DNA of 64,000 nucleotides from Antedon mediterranea (GCF_964355755.1 NC_092670.1:4826201-4890200); one strand, 5' to 3'; positions 37,983 to 50,854 are shown, counted from the stretch's first letter. Translations and numbers: made by a program. The notes: generated from the letters alone by a model not told the origin.

Positions 37983-38400
37983 TTAAATCAAATTTATGAT
38001 TGTCCCCGAATAGAGGTGGTTTTCATTAAACTTAGTGGAAGGATGAAATATATGGGCAAGAAGAGACTCAGATCTAGATCTCAGAGACCGCTTAGGAACA
38101 TAAGGTTGAATAAGTTCAATTAATATTTCGTTACTAAATGGATAAAGAATATATTTAAAAATTGTTCCTTTTTGCACCCATCCTCTTCCGCATCCCTCAA
38201 CCCTAATGTTACATACAAAACACAAATTAAGTTTGTTTAAATTTGACTTAAACAATTGGTCTCATTTTGTGACAAGCTTCTCTTTCGGAAGTAATTCCCA
38301 TGGTGCTAATTTTAGTTGAGTACATAAATCACAGTGTCTATTTATTCGTTCCTGTACAGCCTGCGGTACGTACATTTGAAATCGCCAGTTTTTTAAGCTG
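37983..38400 (-). mobile_element. Degraded L2/CR1 LINE C-terminal fragment
   Basis: ELIQPYVPKRSLRSRSESLL motif. Confidence 0.5.
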
Positions 38401-38443
38401 AAATTATTATGTATTCGAGAACCATCTGTGGGCCAGGCACGAC

Positions 38444-38481
38444 CTAGATGGTACGCGAGCGAAGCGAGCGTACCATCTAGT
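38444..38481 (+). mobile_element. Helitron-like 3' hairpin end
   Basis: CTAGATGGTACGC-GAGCGAAGCGA-GCGTACCATCTAG|T. Confidence 0.45.
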
Positions 38482-38649
38482 TATTCTAATTATAACTGTT
38501 TTTTTCAAGTTTTTTTCGCGTGAAGCTTCGTCAAGTTTTGTAACGCATGAGGGCGCTACACAACTCAATCGAACAAATAGATGAAAAACGTTCGATTAAC
38601 AGAATTATCGCGAAGTGGCTTTCCCACTGCATGTATTCATGTTTAAACT

Positions 38650-38826
38650 GTCTTTCACACCTGTTCCGGCACGGTTCCGGTCCGGCGAATCGAAAATCAA
38701 TGTTTCTTTTTAATAACGCGGCTATGCGCTAATCAATATGCGCGTAGCTGCGTGAAAACGAAACATTGACGTTCGATTTGATTTTCCGGCGCCGGACCAG
38801 AACCGTTTTGGAACAGGTGTGACAGC
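38650..38826. mobile_element. Imperfect palindromic MITE
   Basis: TCACACCTGTTCC..CGGTTCCGGTCCGGCG / CGCCGGACCAGAACCG..GGAACAGGTGTGA. Confidence 0.7.
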
Positions 38827-39214
38827 AAAGATTGTAAAGCGCCGCTACGCGGCGCAAAATAGGTAACTGTTTCCAAGCTCCTATCTTATAACACTACGCG
38901 CCCAGTAAATCCATGGACGCCATTCTAGTCCAGTCAATGTACAGTTTCAACTCCCAAAAGTAGACAAAATTGCAACAAAAGATTTTTTTTACTCAACTTA
39001 AAGTTAATTTTACGATAAAAAACATACAAAAAGTCTACCAAAATCGGAAAACTGGAAAGGTGATAAAAAGACAATAAATCAAAGCACTATTTCATTAAAA
39101 TATGTTCGTATTCGGCGTAGTAATATTGTTAGAAATTGTTGTCTCTGATTGGTCGAATAAGTTTTGTGCCGTGTTGTTGTTACGACGGAAAATCTGATAT
39201 TCCCCAACAAGTAT

Positions 39215-39480
39215 AGATAAGATAAGATAACTTTTATTGATCCTCAAAAAGGAAATTCATTGCTCGTCATAATAACAAAGAAAACACTATAAAACAACAA
39301 ATATAGCATAAAACCATTCATATAAAAACATCTAAAAAATTACAATATAAAATTATCTTCTTGACTTCCTGTTGTACTGGATGATACCGGAGGGAATAAA
39401 GGATTTAGCAAATCGATTTGTTTTCACACTGAGGAGCCTCAATCTACCACTTTATGACTTTAAATCTTGTAATAAGGTAA
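39215..39480 (-). mobile_element. LINE 3' tail fragment (L2/Rex-like)
   Basis: (AGATA)n-ACTTTTATTG tail; residual RLRLLSVKTNRFAKSFIPSG coding on the minus strand. Confidence 0.6.
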
Positions 39481-42400
39481 TTTATCCATATTTCATAATT
39501 TTAAAAGCAACATTTAATCTTACATTAACTATTTAAACGAATGCGGCAATGTAAATTAGTCTTAGTAGATACGTAAAAAGCGATATAGCATAGGGAGCGG
39601 GGATCTACTCGCGATGTTGTTGAACAACGTTACGTCACGCTAATTTGCGTGTACTGATGTAGGCCTCCGCTCGTCGTACCACCTAAAGCTAGCAGTACAG
39701 ACACTAGTCTGGGTTCCATACGGAGTTTTGTCTTAATATTAGTAAAAAGATAAATATTTTGGCACATGTGGCGTTTCATACGTATACTACTTGATTTTGG
39801 ATACTCCGTCTGGGGAAACACGCACAAGTCACGTGGTTTGACACCAAGAATTCTTGGTGCATACGATTATCCGGTTGACTAGTTTCAGCTGCATGCGATT
39901 GGCTACTCACTCGTACACCGTTTTAATATTCATATTTCAGAATTTCAAAGACTCAACAACTAAGATGATGCCATGCGCTATGGTATGTACTTGGGTACAT
40001 TTATGAAAGTTTCTGAAGGCTAGAAATGTATATGCCTAGTAGTCTGGTAAACATTTGATGGGATTTTTCCCAAGAACATGAAAACTCGTCTTGATATGAT
40101 AGGCTAGCTTCTCCGCAAATCAAACATTGAATGGATCATTTACGCGGAGATAATTTTGATTTAATTCCCACCCAGACCCTGTCCTGTTCTGTGTGGTGGT
40201 GTAGCCCTGTTGTTGTGTGCCGCCGGTGGTGGTATGTAGGCCTACTTTATTGGCGTTTTATTTGGCAGGTCATACGTGCGAATTTAGGACCTACGAAAGA
40301 GGCCTAGGCTAGGCCAAGGACTAAACAATTAATAAACAAAACAACTTGGCATTACGATTTTATATGTCAACAGTCTCGATCGTACATTCAGCACTGTACG
40401 TACTCGATCTTTTTAATTTTGAAACAAAATGATCATTGGTTGATTCGAAATCTGTATTTACATACCGCCCGCCCCATATAGCCAAATACGGTATGATAAA
40501 CTACGTCATTCTTATCGGATGTTTGCGGTCTGCAAATCGATTTCTATACGTGTTTCACACTGTATTTTCAGACAAAAATCGCGGTCGAAATAAAAACAAA
40601 TAAATAAAAAAAAAAGATAATACAGACTTGGGGCAAGTCTATACAGACACGTGAGACGAGAACGGAGGTGGGCCGGTGGCTGGCACCCCGCCCGGGTAGC
40701 TAAAAGAAGACCGCCGATATTATATAGGCCTAGGAGGCTAGGGGATGATACTAAAAACGATCATTTCAGCCTACTCTGACTAGGCGTAAAAAGACAAAAT
40801 TCGGATATTATTATATAGGCCGAGGCTAGCTAGCCTAGGCCCTAACCGCTCTTCATTTTTTTTAAGGAATTAAGCACAAAAAATAGGCCTAGGCCTACTA
40901 CTACTATGTAAGCCTAGAGGCTATCCTATACTGTCTAATAAAAGGTCAGGCAGTCGCTACCCGACTGGGCCATGGTCTAGATCTAACACCAGATCTAATA
41001 GATATACAGTATAGGGCCTATGCCTAGGTAGCCCGGTAGGCACAGCTATGCACTAAAATCTTAACCTCGGAATGTTTATATAATTAATATAAGAGTAGCC
41101 AGCCTTTTTTAGTAGATTGGCCTAGTTAATTATAACTTATGTAGTAATTATACTTAGGCTAAATAGTATAGTAGTGAGGCTAGGCCTCTATCTAAGTCTA
41201 AGTACTGTAATACTATTTATTTTTTATCAAACCTATAGGCCTAGTAGGCCTATGCGATATACATTTCCTCTGTGTAAACTACAGATTATATTCTATTATT
41301 GTGTTTGTTGATATATCTATTTCATTTACCTTAGATATCTTATACTACTATTAAACAATGCAGTACTGTACTGCATCATTTGCAGAGAAACAATTGATGA
41401 GAAGAGTTATAAATCTGTATCAATCAGACAGAAAGGTATGTTTAGTTACATTTTTCTCTGGCATTATACATCATAAATTTTGTTTTCCAATTACATTTTC
41501 ATCTTCAATGAACTAAAAAAACAAATGAAAGTTTCTTTTTCACTGTATAATTTTGTTACTACTATTTTAGGAGCAGATAGTGTGAATACAGCGAGCATTC
41601 AAAGAAGATTGAAGCCCAATGCTGTTGCAGGGTCAGTGATCCATACAAATTGCCAGAAGAATTACATAAACGTGAAGGTCATAAAATATGGTGTACATTT
41701 CAAGATACATACATGCATGATCAAAACAGTTCCTTGACCATGGTTTCAGTGAACTATTGGCAAGTTATTTAGTTTATGTAGTGTTGACTGTTATACTTTA
41801 TTGTAAAGTAAATAATTAATGTTTATGAATTGAATGGAGATAATAATATTTCAGAATGATTGACTTATATTTAACAGGGCAGAGAGTTAAATAGAAAATA
41901 GTCAATCTTTAAATGAATGAAATATTCTCTCCACTTCACGAAAAAATACATTCATTATTATTATAAACTTTTATTCAATATATGTGTAATTATTGTACTT
42001 ATTACTTGAGTTTCCTGTCTCTTGTAATAAGAAATGTTTACATAAATGTACTTATACTTATTATTTGAACTTCCCATCTCTTATGATAGTACAGTACAAA
42101 TAATGTTGAAATACATACTTGTGTTTCAAGTACCGTAATTTAAAATGATATATAGTATAGTATACAATACTGGTTATTACTAATTACTTTTAAATTTCTC
42201 ATATTTTGTGTCAGTAATGCTGTTATGAAAAGATTGAAGTAAACACGACATCTCATATTTTTAAGAGCTATGCATGTTTGTTATATTCAACATCTATTCA
42301 TGAGATCTTGTTGACTAGTTTGTACCTGTACGTATTTGAGAATGATCAGATTTGGTACATTTTATGTCGGTCATTTTCGATCGATCACGTTAGAATGCAC

Positions 42401-43332
42401 CCACATTTTTAGAATGGAATAACCCAATGAAAAGACCAGCAGAACAAACGGAAGTTGATGCATAGTTGGCGCTCCATACATAGCGCCTTATATGGGCATT
42501 CAAAACATTGCGGCCGAAACCGTTTGCGGCCGAACACGATGTACACCGGCCTGCTTACGTTATATGGGCAGCCACTCACTCGCACTACAATTTACATTAG
42601 ACTAGCTAGGCCTAGGCCTACTACCACCGTTAGGCAAGTGGGAGACCTACTGTACACAGGTCAACATCTGAGACCGACTTTTATTTTAATTTAAATAATT
42701 ACCGGTTAGGGTTAGGGGTTAGAAATAATTATTATTTATCCAAAGGCAAATTGCTGAAAAAATGACAATAAGATACAAAAAAAAAGCGAAAAGCTAAATC
42801 AAAACGATAAAGTAAAACAGCCAGAAAAAATTAGCAGAGCTTTTGGGCAACACTAGCAAGAGAAGGAATTTTATTACAGTATATCTCCTTGGATAGCCCT
42901 TAAATAAATTGTAAGATAAATTAATTGTGTTAATTATTTTATTTTAATACTGCATAGCCCTATTACGAGTACTGTATACAACATTGGACGACAAATAACA
43001 CAAATTACATTTTGTAAATTTCTCAATATTTATTTTCATAAATACAGTAACTATATTATATTGCACACATTTCTTTTTACATGCATTTACATGTACTACT
43101 GTATATGTATAAAATATTTCAGTCGTGCAATGTGCATTTTAATAATGGCAGTACTGTAGTTTTCATAAGATGTACACAAAAATCATTTACCCGAGCACTA
43201 CTTATAAATTAACATGCTGCAGCTGGTCAGTTGCATTATTTTTCCAGTAGCCATATAAAATACTAGTCCAGTAAATAAACTCGACCCAGCCAGTTATTTT
43301 TAATTTTTTTTTGTAATTTGTACACATATTTA

Positions 43333-45193
43333 CGCCCGTATTCTTAAACCGGACTTTAGTCGTAGTTCAAGCTAAAACTTAAAAAATGACGTCATTTTAA
43401 TTCATAAACCGAACTTCAACTAAATCACCGACTAAATCAGGCCAACCTCGACTAAATCGAGACGGATTTTGATCGATTTTTTTAGTCCTGGAGGAGGCAG
43501 ACTAAATGGTCGACTAAATGGTTTTTAAACGATGTTTATAAAAAACGTAACAGTCATTGAGTTGTTATATTGGCCAGATATTGAAGAATGAAATATCTAT
43601 ATTTATATTAGCTTAATTAAATATACATTGGTATAAATTATAATAATGAAAATCATCTTTATTTACAACTGTATACAAATTACATTATTTTCTTCGCGCA
43701 AGTCCGACTTGAGCTACGTCACGCCATAGCGACAATGCGAGATGCGGCAATTCACCACGCGATAGAATGTTTAGGGGGCCTAGCGCTTTCTTGTCATGCT
43801 ATGAAGTGCGTGGTTCGTGGCGATCATACTTTGTTGGGGGCCTAGAAAATATAAAAGTTACCGTACCGCCATGGTTCCTAAATATATTTTTAAGATTTTA
43901 TTTGTTGTTAATCAAATATACTTCACTGTTAAATTAATATACTGATATTGTTCTAATAATTAACAATTAAAATTATTGTTCATGTATAATAGTCCTGATG
44001 CGTAAAAAGTTTTGTAAGAAATGGAAAGTGATATCAATGCGCAAAATTTCGTCTGCTCCTCAAATACTCTCTTGTCATTGGCCAATGTATAGCCTTTGTT
44101 ACCCAGACGTGTGCAACTCGACTAAAAGCTCGACTTCATTAAGTCGAACTGCAAACTTCGACTACTTCGTTTTTGAATCGAATTTGAAGTAATAGCTCGA
44201 ACTACGACTTTTTCAAGTCGAACTTCGAACTACGACTAAAGTCCGGTTTAAGAATACGGGCGTATGTCTGAACGTTAAACCGGACTTTAGTCGTTGTTCG
44301 AAGTTCGACTTGAAAAAGTCGTAGTTCGAGCTATTACTTCAAATTCGATTCAAAAACGAAGTAGTCGAAGTTTGCAGTTCGACTTAATGAAGTCGAGCTT
44401 TTAGTCGAGTTGCACACGTCTGGGTAACAAAGGCTAAACATTGGCCAATGACAAGAGAGTATTTGAGGAGCAGACGAAATTTTGCGCATTGATATCACTT
44501 TCTATTTTTTTACAACACTTTTTACGCATCAGGACTATTTTCATGAAAAATAATTTTAATCGTTAATTATTAGAACAATATCAGTATTAATTTAACAGTG
44601 AAGTATATTTGATTAACAACAAACAAAATCTTCAAAATACATTTAGGAACCATGGCGGTACGGTAACCTTTATATTTTCTAGGCCCCCAACAAAGTATGA
44701 TCGCGACGAACCACGCACTTCATAGCGTGACAAAAAAGCGCTAGGCCCCCTAAACATTTCATCGCGTGGTGAATTTCCGCATCTGCCATTGTCGCTATGG
44801 CGTGTCACGTAGTTCAAGTTGGACTTGCGCGAAGAAAATAATGTAATTTGTATACGGTTGTAAATAAAGATGATTTTCATTATTATAACTTATACCAATG
44901 TATATTTAATTAAGCTAATATAAAAATAGATATTTCATTCTTCAATATCTGGCCAATATAACAACTCAATGACTGTTACGTTTTTCATGAACATCGTTTA
45001 AAAACCATTTAGTCGACCATTTAGCCTGCCCCCTCCAGGACTAAAAAAATCGATCAAAATCCGTCTCGATTTAGTCGAGGTTGGCCTGAATTAGTCGGCG
45101 ATTTAGTTGAAGTTCGGTTTGTGAATTAAAATGACGTCATTTTTAAAGTTTTAGCTCGAACTACGACTAAAGTCCGGTTTAAGAATACGGGCG
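43333..45193. mobile_element. Head-to-head MITE dimer forming a ~1.86-kb palindrome, TTA TSD
   Basis: Left arm 43333-44262 (reverse), short spacer TATGTCTGAACG, right arm ~44275-45193; TTA at 43330-43332 and 45194-45196. Confidence 0.9.
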
Positions 45194-45726
45194 TTAGTCT
45201 CGGAAAGGTCCACTAACTGCTGTCGAGCGGTATATTTTAGGCTGTGGTAGGTACAGCAGGCCTGGAAATTATGTTTAACAAAATCTGTTGTGAAATGTGC
45301 TCATATAGAAGATCTTTGTTAGTAAAAAATGTGTCGAAATTTGCAAGCAGGCCTATTCTTTGTTTTCCTACCAACTGGTAATGTTTACACTCATGATGAT
45401 AATATTTGATTCTGTATACGAATACGAATTGAGTTTCATTTATTCTAATGTGAGTACTATAATAGGTAGTAATGTTTTAAATAAACAATTAAAAATCTGA
45501 TGATATACTTAAATAAGATGAATATGTAGAAATTTCCAAAAAGTAATCTAATAACTTTGCAATACTATTAGATTTTAATGTATTTTTATATGCTTAAATG
45601 TTATGTTTATTTATCCATTAACTTGTAATGTCGTACAAGTAAATTTAAGATGACAAATGATATATATATATATATATATATAAATAAATGAAAGACGCTA
45701 GTAAATTACCAACTGAACATTTTATT

Positions 45727-45770
45727 GCACTACAGGCTGTTTCATGAGTATGAACTCAATCTTCAGGTGC
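45727..45770 (-). ncRNA. Minimal type I hammerhead ribozyme (PLE pLTR, sense copy)
   Basis: Reverse complement of GCAC-CTGAAGA-T-TGAGT-TCAT-ACTCA-T-GAAA-CAG-C-CTG-TA-GTGC. Confidence 0.78.
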
Positions 45771-45923
45771 TTGGCTCTGAATGATAGTCACAAGTGAATA
45801 CAAAAAGCTATAATGAAGTCTTAAGGCAAACTGTTTATGTGAACAATAGTATGCTAATTAGCAAGTACAACACATCTTTATTTCCTGGACAGTCTATTGT
45901 TAACCAAATTCTTATTATCTGAA

Positions 45924-46367
45924 TTACTGATACTTTAGTAGAAACTTTCTCCTATGCCTACATGCACTGACTAATTCGTTCCTATGGTTAAGTGAGCTGG
46001 TTTCAGGCTTGCATATAATATAATACTTCTCTTGTAAGCATAGATTACACCGTTTGTTAACATTGGAATATGGTTTACACTTCTTTATTATTCGCCATTT
46101 AATGTTATACTTTATGTTATCATCTTTTAGCTTCCAGATGTACTGGCTAAGCGTTGTGCTGTTTTTGTATTTAACATTACGGAATGAACTATTGTGTGCG
46201 TTATATCTGCATTTAAATGTGTTTTCGGTTAGTCCGACATATGTTTCAACTTTATCATCATCATTTGTTGTTACTGTAGCCTGATAAACAACACCACTGG
46301 TTAGGCATTTCCCATCTAATGGGCATTCATTTCGACAGTTGCATTGCTTGATGTTATCACAGGGCAT
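45924..46367 (-). CDS. Penelope GIY-YIG endonuclease domain (truncated ORF)
   Basis: CNCRNECPLDGKCL..GVVYQA..YVGLTENTFKCRY..CNLCLQEK..LNHRNELVSACRHR. Confidence 0.88.
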   Translation of the reverse strand: MPCDNIKQCNCRNECPLDGKCLTSGVVYQATVTTNDDDKVETYVGLTENTFKCRYNAHNSSFRNVKYKNSTTLSQYIWKLKDDNIKYNIKWRIIKKCKPYSNVNKRCNLCLQEKYYIICKPETSSLNHRNELVSACRHRRKFLLKYQ

Positions 46368-46526
46368 ATCATTACGTAATACATTTTTGTTGTGGGCCGA
46401 TATTACAGTCAGGAAATAGAGATGTGTTGTACTTGCTAATTAGCATACTATTGTTCACATAAACAGTTTGCCTTAAGACTTCATTATAGCTTTTTGTATT
46501 CACTTGTGACTATCATTCAGAGCCAA

Positions 46527-46570
46527 GCACCTGAAGATTGAGTTCATACTCATGAAACAGCCTGTAGTGC
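46527..46570 (+). ncRNA. Minimal type I hammerhead ribozyme (inverted pLTR copy)
   Basis: Stem I GCAC/GTGC, CUGAAGA core, stem II, GAAA, short stem III, GUA cleavage triplet. Confidence 0.78.
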
Positions 46571-46679
46571 AATAAAATGTTCAGTTGGTAATTTACTAGC
46601 GTCTTTCATTTATTTATATTTGGCTCTACATTTTGTATCGAGCACTTTCGCTTTCATGGTCTGCGTTAAATTCACCACG

Positions 46680-46717
<38 letters not shown>

Positions 46718-47023
46718 CCAAAGGCAAATTACTGAACAAATGACAATGCTGTGGGTAGCAGTGGCTGGATCTCAATGGAGATACAAAATAAAAGCGAAAA
46801 GCTAAATCAAAACGAGAAGTAAAACAGCCAGGAAAGTTAGCAGAGCTTTCGAGCAACACTAGCCCTTCATCAGTATGATCATATATATATCGTTTTGATT
46901 TAGCCTTTTGCTTTCACTGTATTTCATCAGTATTTTGCCTTTGGATATATATAATACTGATGAATTGAAATAAAAAAATCTATATAATGTGATTAAATAA
47001 TTAATAACCTTGCAATACTGTTC

Positions 47024-47143
47024 TTTTTAGTCGTGTGGACACGACTCTATAGTTCACTATGTCGGTCGGTCGGTCGGTCGGTCTGTCTGTCGGTCCGGTA
47101 TCATTATGCGATTTAGCACGCGACTTATGGCTGTTGGCCTTGT
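47024..47143 (+). mobile_element. Helentron/HINE-like non-autonomous element
   Basis: TTTTTAGTCGTGT..CGACTCTAT..(GTCG)n..CACGCGACT..GGCCTTGTT. Confidence 0.6.
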
Positions 47144-47800
47144 TAATGTTTTTGTCTTACTATTATGTCTTTGGTGTATGTTTAAATTGTATGTGTTTGC
47201 TTTACGTTCAAAACGGTCGTGTTAAATGTACTTAACGTAATATTTTTCAGCGATTACCCACGACAGGGCGCGTGTTACTTGTTTTAATATTAAATTATTT
47301 TATGATAAAAGGTAAAACCTGTTGTTGTTATGTAATGTTGTTATCTTTTTTTTGTTTTTTTTTTAAATGTGAATATATATTTTAAATTCAACCTGTTATA
47401 GTTATAGTTGTTTTCATCGCTGTTTGTTGTCAATTGAATTTTAAAAAAAAACATAAGCTAGAAGAAAATTCCGTGTTACAAGATTTATACAAACGCATGA
47501 TAAAGATCATAGCAGTGGTTAGGAATTCGAAATAGAAAATGTAAAGTATGATAACAATCTATTGTTTCTATATCTTATAATCAATTAGGCTACATGCGCT
47601 GATTCAGGATATAAGAGTAATGATAAGATGATTGACGAGTCTTCAACCCATATTAAAACTGATAAGAATAAAAGTGAAAGTTATCTACAACTTGATAAAA
47701 TACGACAGGGTATGAGTTTACAGTACACAAGACATCAACTATACAAAGTTCTCACGACGTGTCTCACATGGGAAGATTCAGCTTTGATCATACATTGAAG

Positions 47801-49598
47801 ATGTGGCATTATTTGTTTTTGTTTATTGTCGTTGTTTCTGTTACATTCTACTGTCCTATTAGAGGTGAACTAACATGCTACAAATACAATCCGTTAGTAA
47901 ATGGAACTCAGCCACTAGATGACCTAAGATGTCCTAAGAAATGTAGCTGCACATATTGTAAGGTGGAAACGGAATTACACTACAATCATAACGTAGATTG
48001 TTCACATAGACAATTGGAAAGCATTCCATCGCAAGATACTGTGCCAATCGATGTTGGGTATTACCATTTACAGTCTAACAGTATTTCTTTACTGAATAAC
48101 TACTCTTTCAAGAATTTAATTACCCTGAAGTTTTTGCATTTTGATGTAAACAATATGATTTATAAAAGCATTGAGATTAATGCATTTCGTGGTTTGCACC
48201 AACTGAGAAAATTATCTATGAATGAAAATCATTATTTGGCAAAACTTCTTCCTTGGTTTGATGATCTTGTACTTTTAGAAGAACTACATCTGCAGTATTG
48301 TGGATTAACTACAATATATGCTAAGGTATTTAATAATTGCAAAAAACTAATTAAAATTGACCTTACAAAAAACTATATAAACTATCTTCACTCCAGCACT
48401 TTCCACAATTTACCCGTTTTAAAATATTTATATTTAAACAGCAATAAGATTCTAAGAATTCCACCACAAGCATTTAAAGGCTTAGTCCGATTACAAGAAA
48501 TAACTCTCCATGACAACATTTTGCGTACAATCGAAGAAGATGTTGGACTTCAAAATCTTACTCAATTACAGTCTCTAGATGTGTCGTACAATAAATTTAT
48601 ATGTAACTGTGATTTAGTGTGGTTTAGAAAATGGATTGGGGAAACGAATGATACAATTAAAGATATCAATGGTACAAAATGTATCCCAAAACAAGGCAAA
48701 AGATACAAGGAAATAATTGAATTTGATCCTGATGAACTACACTGCAGCAAATTTGAAAGAATTTTGAAAATTACAATTCCTTGTGCTTCAGCTGGACTTA
48801 TTTTTTTATTATTGGGTGTAAGTCTTTACCGTTACAGATTTCATTTAAGGTAAGATCAGTGGTATTTATGTATTTCATCTAACTGCCTAATTTTTAGTTT
48901 TCTTTCCTATTTCAAATGTTTATATTATTATTTTCCTTTGAAACTATTACAAAAATCCTTTTAAATCAACCAGTACGTACTTTTATTACGTTATGCGAAT
49001 CATTTTCGAAGCAGTAACTTATTTATTTCAACGTAGGTACTGGAATCAACGACGGCGTCTTCGTAAACAGTACGAGCGAATTTGCAACCAAGGACCTCCT
49101 ATCATCAACGGAGAAAACATTCGGTATGACGTGTTTGTCTGTTACAACAACAAAGACACACAGTGGGTTCTGAAAGTCTTACAGCCACAGTTGGAGGAAC
49201 AGCGCAATTTTAAATTATGTGTCGACTATCGTGATTTTCTTCCAGGAGAAGCAATCGCTACGAACATTGCAAATGCTGTTAAATTCAGTCGTAAGGTTTT
49301 ATTGGTTGTCTCGAAACACTTCGCCAAAAGTGAGTGGTGCAACTTTGAGTTAGAGATGGCACACATGCGTACGTTAGGCCATGAAGATATATTGGTCGTT
49401 GTTTTAATTGAGAAGGTGTCACCTAAAGACATGCCGATACTCTTGCACAAGATATTGACCACGACAACTTATATCGAATGGGACGAACAACCAAAGAGAC
49501 AAGCATTGTTCTGGGCCAAGCTTGAAACAGCTCTTTTGTCACCTAACTGTCCAAAAGATAGACTCATTGATAGCCCCTTAAACACTTGCGAACGTTGA
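47801..49598 (+). CDS. Short Toll-like receptor, 2 exons (47801-48849, 49037-49598), ~536 aa
   Basis: Signal peptide MWHYLFLFIVVVSVTF; LRRNT CPKKCSC..VDCS; ~8-9 LRRs; LRRCT NKFICNCDLVWF; TM; GT-AG phase-2 intron in an Arg codon; TIR YDVFVCY, CVDYRDFLPG, SEWCNFE, FW. Alternative ATG at 47768. Confidence 0.92.
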
Positions 49599-50854
49599 AG
49601 GTGTCCGCAGAAGACATGCTGATATTTAACAAATCTATTGATAATATATGCGCATAACCCACGCATAAACCCACAAATGTGAAAACAATCATAATTTGAA
49701 AACAGCGTCCACAAATAATAACAAAAACGAAAATTACACATTTTAAAAATATTGGGTTTATGAGTTAAATAAATAATAATACCTTTTTTGTGAGTTTGTC
49801 TGTTCTATTCGACGACTAAAGACGGAATAAAAATATAGTTTCTCTATTCAACGAATATTATAAAATATATATAATATGTCTTTTTAAAAAATCAATAGAG
49901 ACTAGAGCAATGATATAGAAGGCCGATTGTTTGTGATACGACATCAACCAATCGAATGTGTTGTACGATGTGACAGCATTTAGTGTGAAATTTATTGTTA
50001 CATTATTTATTGATAAAAAAAGTATCTTAGCAATAATAGCCATGTTGAATGATTTAACTTTGAGTATTGGATATTAGTCCACAGCTTTAAACAACACACG
50101 TGCTTAAAAAAATATTATTGTTTATTGTATGAATTTAATTTTTTATGCAAATCACAAAGATTGTACATAATTATTTTAAAAAAATGACATCAAACAGTTA
50201 GAATTTATATCGTTTCGTTATATCATAACGAAACATTGACAGAAAGTATTACTCTGTCCACTTCCGTGTGGCCTATTCTTTTTTTCTCACCTTTTCAACA
50301 TACTTGCTTCTTTCGTGCTACTTACCATCTTGTTGTTTTATTTGTCTGAATAAAGAATTGTTATCTAAATCTTGTACATCTATTAAGTACTGGTTAAGGA
50401 AATAACATATTATCTGAGACAACAATCTAAATATTTGTCTCAGTATAGTTTTGGCTATAATAGCGTCATGGTGTTGCTAAACGACAAATAAATAAACAAG
50501 GAAACATTTATTACTTATTGTAGTGTAACTAAAACATTTTAAATAAACTATTCATACTCGAATCCTTTTCATCTGTGCAAGTTTTTTAGTATCGTTTTAG
50601 CACAATAAAGAAAAAAGAATATTATTCAAGACAACAATAGAAACATGTTTTTCACACGGTAGCCAATATAAATGGTATAAACATTGACATACTCATTACT
50701 ATTTATAGTATAGTATTGTGATGAGATATTGATTGATCACTATTACATTTAACTGTATAATTGTACTGCTTCATACGGTATTAATTCATTCATATCAATG
50801 AGTTTCAGAAACATACATATAACCGATTCTGGGTATAACTAACCTGAAGTAGAG

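Larger units (their letters stand above)
33082..38629. mobile_element. 5.5-kb DNA transposon relic, TIR CAGTGGGAAAGCCACT, 4-bp TSD CATG
   Basis: Perfect 16-bp TIR; CATG at 33078-33081 and 38630-38633; internal motif (36896-36950) homologous to 25516-25571 in the 23219-25880 element; nested SINE and LINE pieces. Confidence 0.75.
45679..46618 (-). mobile_element. 5'-truncated Penelope-like element with inverted pseudo-LTR
   Basis: GIY-YIG ORF flanked by a ~198-bp inverted repeat (45679-45877 / 46420-46618); abuts (TA)n. Confidence 0.9.

Noticed and set aside
33078-38633. P element with CATG termini
   Set aside because: No 7-8 bp TSD; CATG is better explained as a 4-bp TSD, matching the related 23219 element.
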